From: a virus
DNA: 64,000 nucleotides
Direction: 5' to 3' (one strand)
Virus record (IMG/VR): IMGVR_UViG_3300032323_002905
Coordinates: 25,453-89,452 of that record
The first letter of the stretch is position 1, and each line of letters opens with the position of its first letter. Below are positions 1 through 10,441 of this stretch, piece after piece. Made by a program: the position numbers and the translations under genes. Below the pieces are notes generated by a model. It was given only the letters and a program-made list of their open reading frames with translations. It was not told the DNA's origin and did no database searches.

Positions 1-689
1 GAAGAACTGTTCATAATAATACCTTCAGATAATGTAGTTAAAACAAATGCTGGAGTAGTTGAATTTACAATATCTGCCGCTGCTAATGTTACAACTACAT
101 TACCAACAGTTCCAATTGAACCTGATAAGAATGTAAATGTTTCACCAATAGCATATCCTGTTCCTGCTGTAGTAGCAGTAATACTAGTTACTAACGAGCC
201 ACTAGTTTTAGTTATACTAAATACTGCTCCTGATCCTGTTGCGCCTGAATAGGTATAACCACTACCTGTAGCTAAACTACCTGTGGTACCTGTTACTGAA
301 GCTGTTGAGTTAGTAGAAATGTTACTTAAAGCAGAACCTGTAGTTAATACTCCACTTTCTACATTATTTAAAATTGCTGTACTAGTTGCTGGTGTCCAAG
401 TATTACTTGCACTTACTACTCTAGCTACTAATAATGATGTACCACCATTATTAAAATAATTATAAGCAGCAATTGAAGTGAAAAATGATACATTATCACT
501 ACCACTTTGGAATCCTGCACCAAATTTATTTACGTAATCGCTGTATGAGGTAACAACAGTTGGAATTTCAACGGGACCTAAAACTGTAGGACCTATAATT
601 GCTGCACCTACGTTAACTGGTTGTTGTGTGATAAACGATGAATCGTTTTCTCTTGCTAATACACCAGGGGAAATTAATGTTTCTGCCAT
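1..689 (-). CDS. Tail sheath protein (T4 gp18-like), N-terminal part; runs off the window edge
   Basis: Not in the ORF track. ATG at 689 translates as MAETLISPGVLARENDSSFITQQPVNVGAAIIGPTVLGPVEIPTVVTSYSDYVNKFG...YNYFNNGGTSLLVARV, matching the sheath N-terminal SPGV...GP...YFxNGG..LxVxRV pattern. The frame is open to position 1. Confidence 0.9.
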   Translation of the reverse strand, partial: MAETLISPGVLARENDSSFITQQPVNVGAAIIGPTVLGPVEIPTVVTSYSDYVNKFGAGFQSGSDNVSFFTSIAAYNYFNNGGTSLLVARVVSASNTWTPATSTAILNNVESGVLTTGSALSNISTNSTASVTGTTGSLATGSGYTYSGATGSGAVFSITKTSGSLVTSITATTAGTGYAIGETFTFLSGSIGTVGNVVVTLAAADIVNSTTPAFVLTTLSEGIIMNSS

Positions 690-743
690 GTTATTTGTTA
701 ATAAGTTTAATGTTTATTATAAATATATTAAGGAGTTTTAAAA

Positions 744-995
744 TCATTCGTTTCCGATGAATTCTCCACTATCTATATTAATAGTTCCTACACCATATTT
801 TGATTGAAGTTCTTGACTTAATTTTAATTCTGTTATTTTAATTTCTTTAAGTTCTTCAGTTACTTCTTGTTTTTGTAATTTTAAATCTTGAATTGACATT
901 TCAATTAATCCGTATTTATCAATTACTTCTGCTCTTAATTTTTGAATTTCTTTTACTGATGAAATTTCTTGTTCTGTTAATTTTTCTATTTTCAT
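744..995 (-). CDS. Small coiled-coil hypothetical protein
   Basis: 83-aa ORF with a heptad K/E/L pattern and C-terminal KYGVGTINIDSGEF; co-oriented with its neighbours. Confidence 0.75.
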   Translation of the reverse strand: MKIEKLTEQEISSVKEIQKLRAEVIDKYGLIEMSIQDLKLQKQEVTEELKEIKITELKLSQELQSKYGVGTINIDSGEFIGNE

Positions 996-1017
996 GACTT
1001 TTATATTATTTTAATTA

Positions 1018-4000
1018 TTATGCTCCACCTGTAGTTACTGTAGTACTTAGAGAGTATATTATACCTTGTACTTCTGTATGGAACCAAATAGTAGTTGTAG
1101 GTGCTGTTCCTGAATTACTTAAACGTAGGGCAAATACACCATTTGAATCTGTTACCGCATGATTAATTGAGCCTGTTGTATTAACCACAACTTGACTTCC
1201 TGATGCTATAGTGTATGTTTGAGCGGCGATAGCTGAAGCTGCTCCAAATTGAGATGTAGATGTCCACCAATGTATTAATTGGCGTGGATTGCTTAAAGCT
1301 GTGCCATCTACTTCTAAAAATGAAGCCGATATCACTCGTGTTGTTGTTGTTCCTGTTGCTGATAAACTACAACTTACAAATCCATCATTTACAATATTTC
1401 TTATAGGTCCTGTCACTATTAATGAACCTGTAATTATAGTATTACCATTAACATCTAATGTAGCGTTTGGAGTTGTGGTTTTATTTATTGCTACTCTACT
1501 TCCTGTAGTGTATAATTGAACATTTCCATCACCGTCTGATAAAACCACTGTATTAGTTAAATTAGAAGTACCTGCGTAAGCACCTATAATAGTGTTTTTA
1601 TTTCCTGTTGTGATTTGAGTTCCTGCATTATATCCTATAAGTGTATTATTATTTCCTGTAGTTAAAATATATCCTGCTATATTTCCTAATGCTGTATTAT
1701 ATGTTCCTGTTGAAGCTGATACTAAAGCTTGATATCCTATAGCTGTATTTCCTAAACCAGTGTTATTAGTTGGGGTAGCTCCTCCTCTTAAAGCTTCAAA
1801 TCCTATAGCTGTATTATCACTAGAAGTCATAAAATACATTGAATACCAACCTACTGCTGTGTTATTAGATGTAGCTGTACTTGATCTTAAAGCATTTGTT
1901 CCTATACCAATATTAAAACTTCCAGATGTATTAGAAAGCATGGGTGCTACACCTATAGCTATATTATCATTTCCTACTGAATTGTTTTGTAATGCTCCTG
2001 AACCTAAAGCTGTGTTACCATCTCCAATAGTGTTTGCATTCAATGCTGCATTTCCTATTGCTGTATTAGCTAAGCCACCGGCGGCGTTATTAGTAAGAGT
2101 ATTTTTACCAAAAGCTGTATTTCCATCTACTGCTCCTCCTCCTCTACTAGCTGTTATACCATTTATATATAAAGCAGAACCATCAAAGGTTAAATTAGAT
2201 TCTACAGTCGCGTTAGGCGCAGTTCCATTTAATGTTATAACACCATTATCTGTTGTTCCTGTTAAAGTTAAAGTTCCAGCTGTACCTGAAAGACCTGAAC
2301 GACCTGATAAACCTGATAGGCCTGAAATGCCTGATAAACCTGAAATACCTGATAAACCAGAGATACCTGAAATGCCTGATAAACCTGAAATACCAGAAAT
2401 ACCTGATAAACCAGAGATACCTGATAAACCTGAAATCCCTGAAGTTCCTTGTTCACCCATAGGTCCAAATCCCACATTAGTGATACCTTCTCCACTTGTG
2501 TCATAATTTGAAGAAAAATATAATGGATTACCTATTGATCTAGCTACAGTTCTTTCTAAATTACTATTTTTGTAATATCTTATATTATAACCATCATATG
2601 TTATATAAAAAATATCACTTGTAGTATAAGATAAAGCTGCGCCTACTGTTGAGCCTAATTCATATATATAAACATCTCCTCCACTATTAGTAAATTGAAA
2701 TCCATAATTTATAGTGTTTGGATTATTACTAGATGGTGTTTCAGTTAAACCAAAAACTGTATCTATGTTACCATTTGTAGCTTTAGCATTTACATAAGCT
2801 CCTCTTATATAGCCTTGAGTTGAAGATACATAAGGTTGATAACTACTACCTCCTGTTTGTATAAATGTTGAAGAATCAACTCCATAAGAAGTATTTGAAA
2901 ATATAGGTGTAAATACTGGTATGCCTATAAGACCTGAAATACCTGATAATCCTTCTAAACCTGAGATACCACTTATGCCTGAAAGTCCTGAGATACCTGA
3001 TAAACCTGAGATACCACTTATACCTGAAAGTCCTGAGATACCTGATAAACCTGAGATACCACTTATGCCTGATAAACCTGATATTCCTGAAATACCGCTT
3101 GTGCCTGATAAACCTGAAATTCCTGAAATGCCTGAAAGACCTGATATACCACTTAAGCCTGATATACCTGATAAACCTGATATTCCTGAAATACCTGAAG
3201 TACCACTTAAACCTGATATACCTGATATACCGCTTAAACCTGATGAGCCACTTAAGCCACTTAAACCTGAAATACCTGAAATACCACTTGTACCTGATAA
3301 ACCTGAAATACCACTAATTCCACTTAATCCTGAGGTACCTAATAGACCTGATATGCCACTTAAACCTGAAATACCGCTTAGACCTGAAATTCCTGAAATA
3401 CCACTTAAACCAGAGATACCTGATAAACTTAAATTAGTTCTATAAGCTATATTACCTGAAGTATCAGAAACTAATATTCTATCTTCAGTTGTACCTGCTA
3501 CTAAAGTAGGTAAGGTTAAACTTCCTGAAAGTGAAGTACTACCTGTTACTTGTAAACTACCTGATATTTTAGTAGTTCCTATTAATAATTGAATATCATC
3601 TGTAGCATCACCAAATTGATTAGAACCAGATGAATATATTACAGATGCTGTTTCGTATATTGTATTTAAATATGTTATACTACCAGTTCCATTAACTGTT
3701 AAATTACCTGTTACTGTTAATGTTGTTCCATCATAAGTAAAATTAGCTGAACCTGCTGGGTTATTGGATCCATCTTTATAAACTACCTGATTAGCTGAAC
3801 CAGCTACAGGTCCTATTATTCCTGAAAGACCTGAAATACCGCTTAGGCCTGATATACCACTTAAACCTGAAATACCACTTAGACCTGATATACCTGATAA
3901 GCCACTTAAACCAGAAATACCAGATAATCCTGATGTACCACTTAGGCCTGAGATACCTGAGATGCCACTTAAACCTGAGATACCTGATATGCCACTTAGA

Positions 4001-4563
4001 CCAGATATACCTGATATACCACTTAGACCAGACACACCACTCAAACCAGAAATACCTAATGTACCACTTAAACCTGATAAACCAGATAAACCACTTAAAC
4101 CTGATAAACCACTTAAACCTGATAAACCAGAAATACCACTTAGACCAGAAATACCAGAAATACCACTTAGGCCAGAGATACCAGATAGGCCACTTAAACC
4201 TGAACGACCAGATAAACCACTAATCCCTGATAATCCACTTATGCCTGAAATACCGGATAAACCACTTATACCTGAGATACCACTTAAACCTGAAATACCT
4301 GAAGTACCGCTCAAACCTGAAACAGTAGGTGTAATTGCATATGATGCTGTTACAGCATAAGATGAACTTAAAGCTTGTATAGCATAAGAAGAAGTAGCAG
4401 TTAATGCACCACTTATATCTACTGAACCTGTAACTGTTAAGGAACCACTTATAGTTATATCGTAAGCCGCGTTACCGGTTAAGGCATCAATTGATTGAGA
4501 TATTTGTTGAGCTTGTACGGTTGCACCTGTTACTATGCCCGCATTAGACAGTACTTGAGCCAT
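1018..4563 (-). CDS. Fibre-like virion protein with three Gly-X-Ser repeat tracts and a C-terminal NTAxG beta-solenoid region
   Basis: 1181 aa. (GIS/GLS/GTS)n tracts, a globular beta domain, and 14-residue NTA(I/L/V)G repeats resembling YadA/Hep_Hag-type heads. Confidence 0.8.
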   Translation of the reverse strand: MAQVLSNAGIVTGATVQAQQISQSIDALTGNAAYDITISGSLTVTGSVDISGALTATSSYAIQALSSSYAVTASYAITPTVSGLSGTSGISGLSGISGISGLSGISGISGLSGISGLSGRSGLSGLSGISGLSGISGISGLSGISGLSGLSGLSGLSGLSGLSGLSGTLGISGLSGVSGLSGISGISGLSGISGISGLSGISGISGLSGTSGLSGISGLSGLSGISGLSGISGLSGISGLSGISGLSGIIGPVAGSANQVVYKDGSNNPAGSANFTYDGTTLTVTGNLTVNGTGSITYLNTIYETASVIYSSGSNQFGDATDDIQLLIGTTKISGSLQVTGSTSLSGSLTLPTLVAGTTEDRILVSDTSGNIAYRTNLSLSGISGLSGISGISGLSGISGLSGISGLLGTSGLSGISGISGLSGTSGISGISGLSGLSGSSGLSGISGISGLSGTSGISGISGLSGISGLSGISGLSGISGISGLSGTSGISGISGLSGISGISGLSGISGLSGISGISGLSGISGLSGISGISGLEGLSGISGLIGIPVFTPIFSNTSYGVDSSTFIQTGGSSYQPYVSSTQGYIRGAYVNAKATNGNIDTVFGLTETPSSNNPNTINYGFQFTNSGGDVYIYELGSTVGAALSYTTSDIFYITYDGYNIRYYKNSNLERTVARSIGNPLYFSSNYDTSGEGITNVGFGPMGEQGTSGISGLSGISGLSGISGISGLSGISGISGLSGISGLSGISGLSGLSGRSGLSGTAGTLTLTGTTDNGVITLNGTAPNATVESNLTFDGSALYINGITASRGGGAVDGNTAFGKNTLTNNAAGGLANTAIGNAALNANTIGDGNTALGSGALQNNSVGNDNIAIGVAPMLSNTSGSFNIGIGTNALRSSTATSNNTAVGWYSMYFMTSSDNTAIGFEALRGGATPTNNTGLGNTAIGYQALVSASTGTYNTALGNIAGYILTTGNNNTLIGYNAGTQITTGNKNTIIGAYAGTSNLTNTVVLSDGDGNVQLYTTGSRVAINKTTTPNATLDVNGNTIITGSLIVTGPIRNIVNDGFVSCSLSATGTTTTRVISASFLEVDGTALSNPRQLIHWWTSTSQFGAASAIAAQTYTIASGSQVVVNTTGSINHAVTDSNGVFALRLSNSGTAPTTTIWFHTEVQGIIYSLSTTVTTGGA
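2280..4321 (-). repeat. 9-bp-period coding repeats (Gly-X-Ser) in three blocks, about 2280-2450, 2920-3430 and 3820-4321
   Basis: Plus strand shows degenerate cctgataaa/cctgaaata/ccacttaaa 9-mers. Confidence 0.95.
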
Positions 4564-4596
4564 TTAATAATTTTTATTATAAATATGGAAAGATAA

Positions 4597-4623
4597 GAGA
4601 AAAACCGCTACTGCTAGCGGTTT
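4597..4623 (-). terminator. Rho-independent terminator
   Basis: Minus strand reads AAACCGCTA-GCAG-TAGCGGTTT followed by TTCTCTT, downstream of ORF 4654..5088. Confidence 0.7.
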
Positions 4624-4653
4624 ATAAATATCATATTATAAAGGGATAATATA

Positions 4654-5088
4654 TTAATCTATTTGAATTAATTTATAAAATACAATATAATTATCTGATG
4701 TTTTAACATCTTTGAATTCTTCTAATTTAAATTCATGATATTCAATTTCTTTTACTTCTTGCAATAAACTATTGAATTCTTCTTGAAATTGTATGTATGA
4801 TGAATTAAAATTTGTTTTAGTATCATCAGTCCATACAAGAATTTCAAAATTATTATTTTTATCTTTAGAGCCGTATTTTACAATTAAATTTTCTTTTAAT
4901 TGGTCAATAATTAATTTTTCAATTGATGTTTTTTTAGCTAAATCAGTCAACCAATATTTAGTGGGTAAACTTAAATTTTCGCTTAATAATCCTAATGATA
5001 AAATTTCACCGGTTTCTTGATTTATAAAACCATTAAGTTCTGAGTCAAGTTTATAGATTTCTCTTAATGATAATTTAATATTAGCCAT
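4654..5088 (-). CDS. Hypothetical protein
   Basis: 144-aa ORF coupled by TAATG to the upstream ORF. Confidence 0.75.
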   Translation of the reverse strand: MANIKLSLREIYKLDSELNGFINQETGEILSLGLLSENLSLPTKYWLTDLAKKTSIEKLIIDQLKENLIVKYGSKDKNNNFEILVWTDDTKTNFNSSYIQFQEEFNSLLQEVKEIEYHEFKLEEFKDVKTSDNYIVFYKLIQID

Positions 5089-5354
5089 TATTGATCAGCT
5101 TTAACTTGTTTTGGCTTTTTTGTTGATTTTGTTTTATTACTATAATAATGTTTTTTCTTTTTAGCTGACTGAGTATGCTCAGTAAATGGTTTTTCTTCTG
5201 CTACTGGAGCATCTTCAAATGAAGGATAATCTTCAACAGGAAAGAAAGAATTTGGTTTTTTTTCTGTAGGTGTGTTTTCTTTTTTTACAACTACAAATCC
5301 GATACCAATTGCTACTAGTAACGCGATTACAACAAAGATTAAAAGTGTTGACAT
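5088..5354 (-). CDS. Small membrane-anchored protein
   Basis: 88 aa; N-terminal hydrophobic helix (LLIFVVIALLVAIGIGFVVV) and Lys-rich tail. Confidence 0.75.
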   Translation of the reverse strand: MSTLLIFVVIALLVAIGIGFVVVKKENTPTEKKPNSFFPVEDYPSFEDAPVAEEKPFTEHTQSAKKKKHYYSNKTKSTKKPKQVKADQ

Positions 5355-5392
5355 AATTTTTTAATGGGTTTTATGGGTTAAGTTTATATATA

Positions 5393-5423
5393 TAAATATA
5401 TAATAATATTTTAAAGATCCAAA
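5393..5423 (-). promoter_or_regulatory. Bacteroidetes-type -33/-7 promoter
   Basis: Coding strand TTTG-N19-TATATTTA; the Bacteroidetes consensus is TTTG-N19-21-TAnnTTTG. Confidence 0.6.
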
Positions 5424-8078
5424 TTAAAATTTATTTTTTCTTAATTCTTTTAACTCTTCTAAAGTATATTCATTTTCTTCTACAGGCCAATCATACATTG
5501 TACTGTCTATACCTTTGTGTAATACACCTCCAGGTACGCATAGTACAAAGTTTTGTTTACCTTGTGCACCTGGTGATTTTGGATTCCAATATGTTAATTC
5601 CCAGTCTAAACCAGCATTCCATGATGAATTTACATATGAATTGTTATGCATTCTATCTAAATGAATAGGCATCATATTTTTAATATCTTTAGCTCGCATA
5701 ACCATATGTCCTGCTCTACAAGCTCTTTTTTCATTTAAACGTCCAAATTTAGTTTCAATCCAACCTAATTCTTCATGTTCTTTACTCATGTAACCTGTAG
5801 CAACATATTTGTCTGGGAATTGGTTTAATATGTTACAATATGTACTTATAGGCTCATTAAATAGATTATCTTGATCTGTAAATTGAATAAAATCATAATT
5901 ATCAATATCCATGTCATCAAACATTTGAAGCATTGCTGCTCTTTGACCCATATTAAATTCTGAGTTGTGGATTTTAAATCGACTATCAATATTTTCTTTG
6001 ATAGTTTTTAATGCTTCTGCTTTATATTCAGGGTGTGAATTTTCAACAATATAAATATCATTTATAATACCTGGTTCTTGAATATCTTTTAATGAATTAA
6101 TAACATTTTTAATATGATGAGGTCTATCATATGATGTTAATAATGTAAGTACTTTAGTTGGTTTAATTAATTTAGGTAAAATATCATTTTCAAAATTATT
6201 AGCTATTTTTTCCCAAGAATAATTTTCAATAATATAATCAGAATTTTCTTTTAGTACCCCACTTTCAATAATTGAATCATAATTATCATAAACATGTTTC
6301 ATATGTTTAATTAAATCTTTAAGATTTGGTTCTCCCCAATTACCTAAAAACCATGGATGATTTTTAACTGGTACTGACTTAGAAGAAACATTATAGTATT
6401 TTCCTTTAATTAATTCTGTAGCACCTGGTTCTGAAGTTGCTATTGTTGGTAATCCACAAGCTATAGCTTCTAATAATGTCATCCCAAATGAATCTCCTCT
6501 TGATGGATAAACATAAGCGTGACAACTTCTATATAAGTCCATTACTTTATCATGTCCATCATCACTAATATACCAAAATATATTATTGTGTTTTTCTATA
6601 ATACTTTTTACATCTCGACTATTATAAAACAACATATCACTATTTGATTTAATATGTAATTCTACATTATTATTATTTTTAAATAAATCAATAAATGCAT
6701 CTAAAGTATGAAATATACCTTTTCTATCTGAACATTCTCCAACATATAAAAATTTAAATTTATCTCCTTTTATTCTAGGAGTATAATTAAATACTTTAGG
6801 ATCAATTCCATGTGGTAATACAAATATAGGTTTAGTAATACCCATATTTTTTATTCTATTTTTTGATATATTAGACGGTGTTAAGAAAAAATCAGCTTTA
6901 TTTCCATTAATTACAAATTGACCAGCTTCACCTGTTGTATCAACTCCAGTATAAATTACTTTAGTTTTAAATTTATCTAAATGTCCTATTGAATCTGGGT
7001 AAGCAAACATGATACCTAATTCATTAGATGATTGTTTATTTAAAAAAGAATGAATTAATGGATTTGTTGTTGTTGTGTTTCCAATAATAGGTTTACAAAA
7101 TAAATCTATAGTTTTATCTAATTGTTCTAACATTCTTTGAGACAAAATCCCCATTGAAGAAAAATCATCAAATTTAGCTAACCAAGTTAATTTAGTTGTT
7201 TTACCATTAATTGATTTTCCTTTAGTTATAGAACTAATAAGAACATCTATATTCATTTCTGGTAGACATTCAAATATGTGTGCTTTAGCTATAATATCAT
7301 TATCAAATCTTATTTTTTCAAATTCATCTCCTGATTTGTTTACAACTACATACACTTCATTTCCTTGTACTATTTTTTTAACTTCATCATATAGTAAGTC
7401 TTTTAAAACTATAACATTTGAAGCTTGTAAAAATTTATGATGTTTTTGTTTATTAGTAGAAATTAAATTATCTAAATTTTCTTTTTTAAGATCATAAAAT
7501 GAAACTCCTTGAATATGTCTAATAGGAAATCCAGTGTCCAAACTTTTTCCTAAATCATCTTTATAAAAATCGTAACCTAAATTATATCCATTATTTTTTA
7601 TTCTATAAGAAAATTCAACATCTTCTTCATATCCTAAACCAAATCCTTCATTTAATAAACCTACTTTATTTAAAACAGATTTTCTAGCTATAAAACAACA
7701 ACCTAAAATGAAGTCATCTGACATAACTGGACCAATTAATCCATTTTCTTCTTTATCACATAATACTTGTAAACGTTCTTCCCAGTTATGTTCTAAATAA
7801 ACATCACTACTTATGCAAAACATATATTCATTTTTACATAATTTAAAACCCTCATTTACTGCTTTAGCAAATCCTATACCTTCTTTACGAATATATAATT
7901 CAACTAATGGATTTGATTTAGCATATTGTTTTAATTTTTTATTACCTTCATCTGTAGTACCATTAGAATAAAGAATAATTTGGTCTATTGATGTTGCTGT
8001 AGATAAAGTTATATCTAAGTATTCTATAGCCATATCTACATTATTATAGATAGGCATTATTAATGATAATGGCTTCAT
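5424..8078 (-). CDS. Multidomain glycosyltransferase (GT2 + GT4 + GT2-like)
   Basis: N-terminal SLIMPIYNN, GFAKAVNEG and EEDVEFSYR (GT2); central PHGID, FLYVG..DRKG and PSRGDSFGMTLLEAIACGLP (GT4); C-terminal LLTSYDRP and FTDQD (GT-A). Confidence 0.9.
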   Translation of the reverse strand: MKPLSLIMPIYNNVDMAIEYLDITLSTATSIDQIILYSNGTTDEGNKKLKQYAKSNPLVELYIRKEGIGFAKAVNEGFKLCKNEYMFCISSDVYLEHNWEERLQVLCDKEENGLIGPVMSDDFILGCCFIARKSVLNKVGLLNEGFGLGYEEDVEFSYRIKNNGYNLGYDFYKDDLGKSLDTGFPIRHIQGVSFYDLKKENLDNLISTNKQKHHKFLQASNVIVLKDLLYDEVKKIVQGNEVYVVVNKSGDEFEKIRFDNDIIAKAHIFECLPEMNIDVLISSITKGKSINGKTTKLTWLAKFDDFSSMGILSQRMLEQLDKTIDLFCKPIIGNTTTTNPLIHSFLNKQSSNELGIMFAYPDSIGHLDKFKTKVIYTGVDTTGEAGQFVINGNKADFFLTPSNISKNRIKNMGITKPIFVLPHGIDPKVFNYTPRIKGDKFKFLYVGECSDRKGIFHTLDAFIDLFKNNNNVELHIKSNSDMLFYNSRDVKSIIEKHNNIFWYISDDGHDKVMDLYRSCHAYVYPSRGDSFGMTLLEAIACGLPTIATSEPGATELIKGKYYNVSSKSVPVKNHPWFLGNWGEPNLKDLIKHMKHVYDNYDSIIESGVLKENSDYIIENYSWEKIANNFENDILPKLIKPTKVLTLLTSYDRPHHIKNVINSLKDIQEPGIINDIYIVENSHPEYKAEALKTIKENIDSRFKIHNSEFNMGQRAAMLQMFDDMDIDNYDFIQFTDQDNLFNEPISTYCNILNQFPDKYVATGYMSKEHEELGWIETKFGRLNEKRACRAGHMVMRAKDIKNMMPIHLDRMHNNSYVNSSWNAGLDWELTYWNPKSPGAQGKQNFVLCVPGGVLHKGIDSTMYDWPVEENEYTLEELKELRKNKF

Positions 8079-9391
8079 TATTTTATTTTATTTTTAATAA
8101 CATTTAATACATCATCTAATTTAATTAGATTCATACATTCTTTTCTTTCTGGTTGTTGTAAATCTAACCACCATCTTCTGTCATAATAATTTTTGCCACA
8201 GTTTTTTTCAATATACTTTACACCTGGATGTTTAGCATGATTATTATAGAATGGAGTTAAACAAATTCCAGAATGTGGGTTTACAGAAGCTGCAAAATGG
8301 TGAACAAATGTATCTACACTTATCCATAGTTTAGCTTCATCAATTAATCCTGCTAATTCAGGAATAGATTTATCTAAAAATTTACCATCAACTCCGGCTG
8401 GAGCTGGTGTAAGAGGAATTTGATCATCTTTATGAGAACCTACTTGTATAACATAAAAACCTAATTTTTTTAATTCAAAAATTAATCTAAACCATCTAAC
8501 ATCAACCCAGTCTTTATTTGAGTCTTGGTTCTGGATTTTAGCGGCTGTTGTACTTATTAAAGCTAATGGTTTACCTGTTGTATTTTCAAATTTAGTTTTA
8601 TCTCCTGTATATTTTAAAATATCAGTGATATGTCTTTTTTCTCCATACATTTCAAAAAATGCATCTATAATTGTAGGAGAATTATTAGTTGAACCATAAG
8701 TATAAACAAATCGTTTATAACCTCCAAATAATTCATCAGACCAGTCAATAAATCCTTTAATATTAATATGATTTATAGAAAAAGGATAAATAGAACAAAC
8801 ATAACACTCACTTCCTATTTTTTCTAATAGTGGATATGCCATGACATGATCACCTAATCCACCATCAATATAAATAATTCGTTCATAAAATATAGGATTA
8901 ATTATTTTTTTACTATATCTTTCTGAGTCTGATGTGTTGTCAGGAATAAAGGATTGTTTAGTTTTTTGAGTAATTAAATCCGCTATAAACCATGTTATAG
9001 ATTGGTAATTAGTATCCCAATTAAGGCGTAATAAATCACTTGTTTGTGCTAATAAATAGGTATTATTAAGTATATCCCATTCTTTAACATTAAAGTGTGT
9101 ATTAGATTCATCTATAATTAAACTATATTCAGTTTTAGTTTTAGATATAAGTTCTACAATTGAAGATACAGGTTGATGTTGAGTAGGAGTAATAACATAA
9201 TTTTGATAAGCAAGTGTTGTTAACTTGTTTAACATATTTGACTCTAACCAAGGAGTAATATCTTTACAATTAACTTGTAGAGTTTGAAATTGAGATTTTA
9301 AGGGATGTTGATGTAGTTGATCTAATAAAATTGATAACTTAGTTTCATCTTTAGTGTGAATGATAACAGTTATTTTATCATTTTGGGTCAT
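8078..9391 (-). CDS. Glycosyltransferase family 9 (ADP-heptose heptosyltransferase-like) with N-terminal extension
   Basis: GGLGDHV, KDW and WISVDTFVHHFAA motifs are typical of GT9. Confidence 0.8.
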   Translation of the reverse strand: MTQNDKITVIIHTKDETKLSILLDQLHQHPLKSQFQTLQVNCKDITPWLESNMLNKLTTLAYQNYVITPTQHQPVSSIVELISKTKTEYSLIIDESNTHFNVKEWDILNNTYLLAQTSDLLRLNWDTNYQSITWFIADLITQKTKQSFIPDNTSDSERYSKKIINPIFYERIIYIDGGLGDHVMAYPLLEKIGSECYVCSIYPFSINHINIKGFIDWSDELFGGYKRFVYTYGSTNNSPTIIDAFFEMYGEKRHITDILKYTGDKTKFENTTGKPLALISTTAAKIQNQDSNKDWVDVRWFRLIFELKKLGFYVIQVGSHKDDQIPLTPAPAGVDGKFLDKSIPELAGLIDEAKLWISVDTFVHHFAASVNPHSGICLTPFYNNHAKHPGVKYIEKNCGKNYYDRRWWLDLQQPERKECMNLIKLDDVLNVIKNKIK

Positions 9392-9411
9392 AACTTAATT
9401 GTATTTACTAA

Positions 9412-9443
9412 TAAATATAATAACTTGATTTTAAAAAGCCAAA
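9412..9443 (-). promoter_or_regulatory. Bacteroidetes-type -33/-7 promoter of the glycosyltransferase operon
   Basis: TTTG-N20-TATATTTA on the coding strand, 20 nt before the ATG. Confidence 0.6.
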
Positions 9444-9839
9444 TTATATAGAACTTGAGAGATCAACTATAGTAAAGTCTACTGTTGGATTTTGTATTAA
9501 TGATTGAGATATAATATATTCATGTCCTGCTAGTAAAATATTACCTTGAACATCTGTCTCAATACTACCATAATTTAAATTAGCTATTGTTACCGCACCA
9601 TTATAAACTATTGGAGGTTGGGAGCCTGATGCTGAGCCTGAAGGTAATGAACCTGTAATATATCCTGGTTTTTTATCGTATAAATTAGCAGTAACTGAAA
9701 CTGATGTTCCATTATTTATAGAACATAAAACAAATAAATAAGTTCCATCATAAAACTGAGGGATAGCATTAGACATAGGAGCCGTATTAGATTGAACGCA
9801 TGTCCAAACAGGATTAAAATTTGAAATTTCTATTGCCAT
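9444..9839 (-). CDS. Hypothetical, probably virion/fibre-associated protein
   Basis: 131-aa beta-rich, S/G-rich ORF preceded by the TATTTATA motif. Confidence 0.65.
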   Translation of the reverse strand: MAIEISNFNPVWTCVQSNTAPMSNAIPQFYDGTYLFVLCSINNGTSVSVTANLYDKKPGYITGSLPSGSASGSQPPIVYNGAVTIANLNYGSIETDVQGNILLAGHEYIISQSLIQNPTVDFTIVDLSSSI

Positions 9840-9860
9840 TTTGTTTTATTATAAATATTA

Positions 9861-10439
9861 TTAATCATAAAAAGTCATATTAAATTGCATTCTTTGGTAT
9901 CCATATAATGTAGCTAAAATAGTATCAGGGTAATTAGCTGGATCATCACCTGTGACTGAATATATAGTGGCTGATGTATCTGGGTCTGTGACTGATATAT
10001 CTACAAAATTAATAGTACCAGAAGTTAGTTTTAATGTTAATATTAAATCAGCTCCTGTACCTGCTGATGTCGCGGTATCAATATAACCTCCTGAGGAATC
10101 TGTAGTACCATTAGCTAATGTTTGGAAACCATATATTGAAGTTCCTCCAATATTAATTTTTATATCAAGACTATTTGCCGCGTTATTAGTAAATGTATAA
10201 TCCCAATAATTGTATTCTAAATCATTATAATCATAAAATGTATTTAACGCAAAATCTTGACTTGCAACATTTGTTGCATATATATTTTGTCCAGCGGTAG
10301 TATTTCTATTTATAGCTCCATATTGAGCAAAAACACCAGCAAATGATTGAGAAAATGTAAGTGATAATGTTGTAGATGTTCTTCCAAACTCTGTATTTAA
10401 ATCACTCATCAAAATTGCTCCTGAACCTGTTATAGTCAT
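9861..10439 (-). CDS. Tail-fibre-associated (tip/adhesin-like) protein
   Basis: Directly follows the long fibre. Its N-terminus MTITGSGAILMSDLNTEFGR resembles the SGAISxSxIxxE start common in fibre-tip proteins. Confidence 0.6.
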   Translation of the reverse strand: MTITGSGAILMSDLNTEFGRTSTTLSLTFSQSFAGVFAQYGAINRNTTAGQNIYATNVASQDFALNTFYDYNDLEYNYWDYTFTNNAANSLDIKINIGGTSIYGFQTLANGTTDSSGGYIDTATSAGTGADLILTLKLTSGTINFVDISVTDPDTSATIYSVTGDDPANYPDTILATLYGYQRMQFNMTFYD

Positions 10440-10441
10440 AA

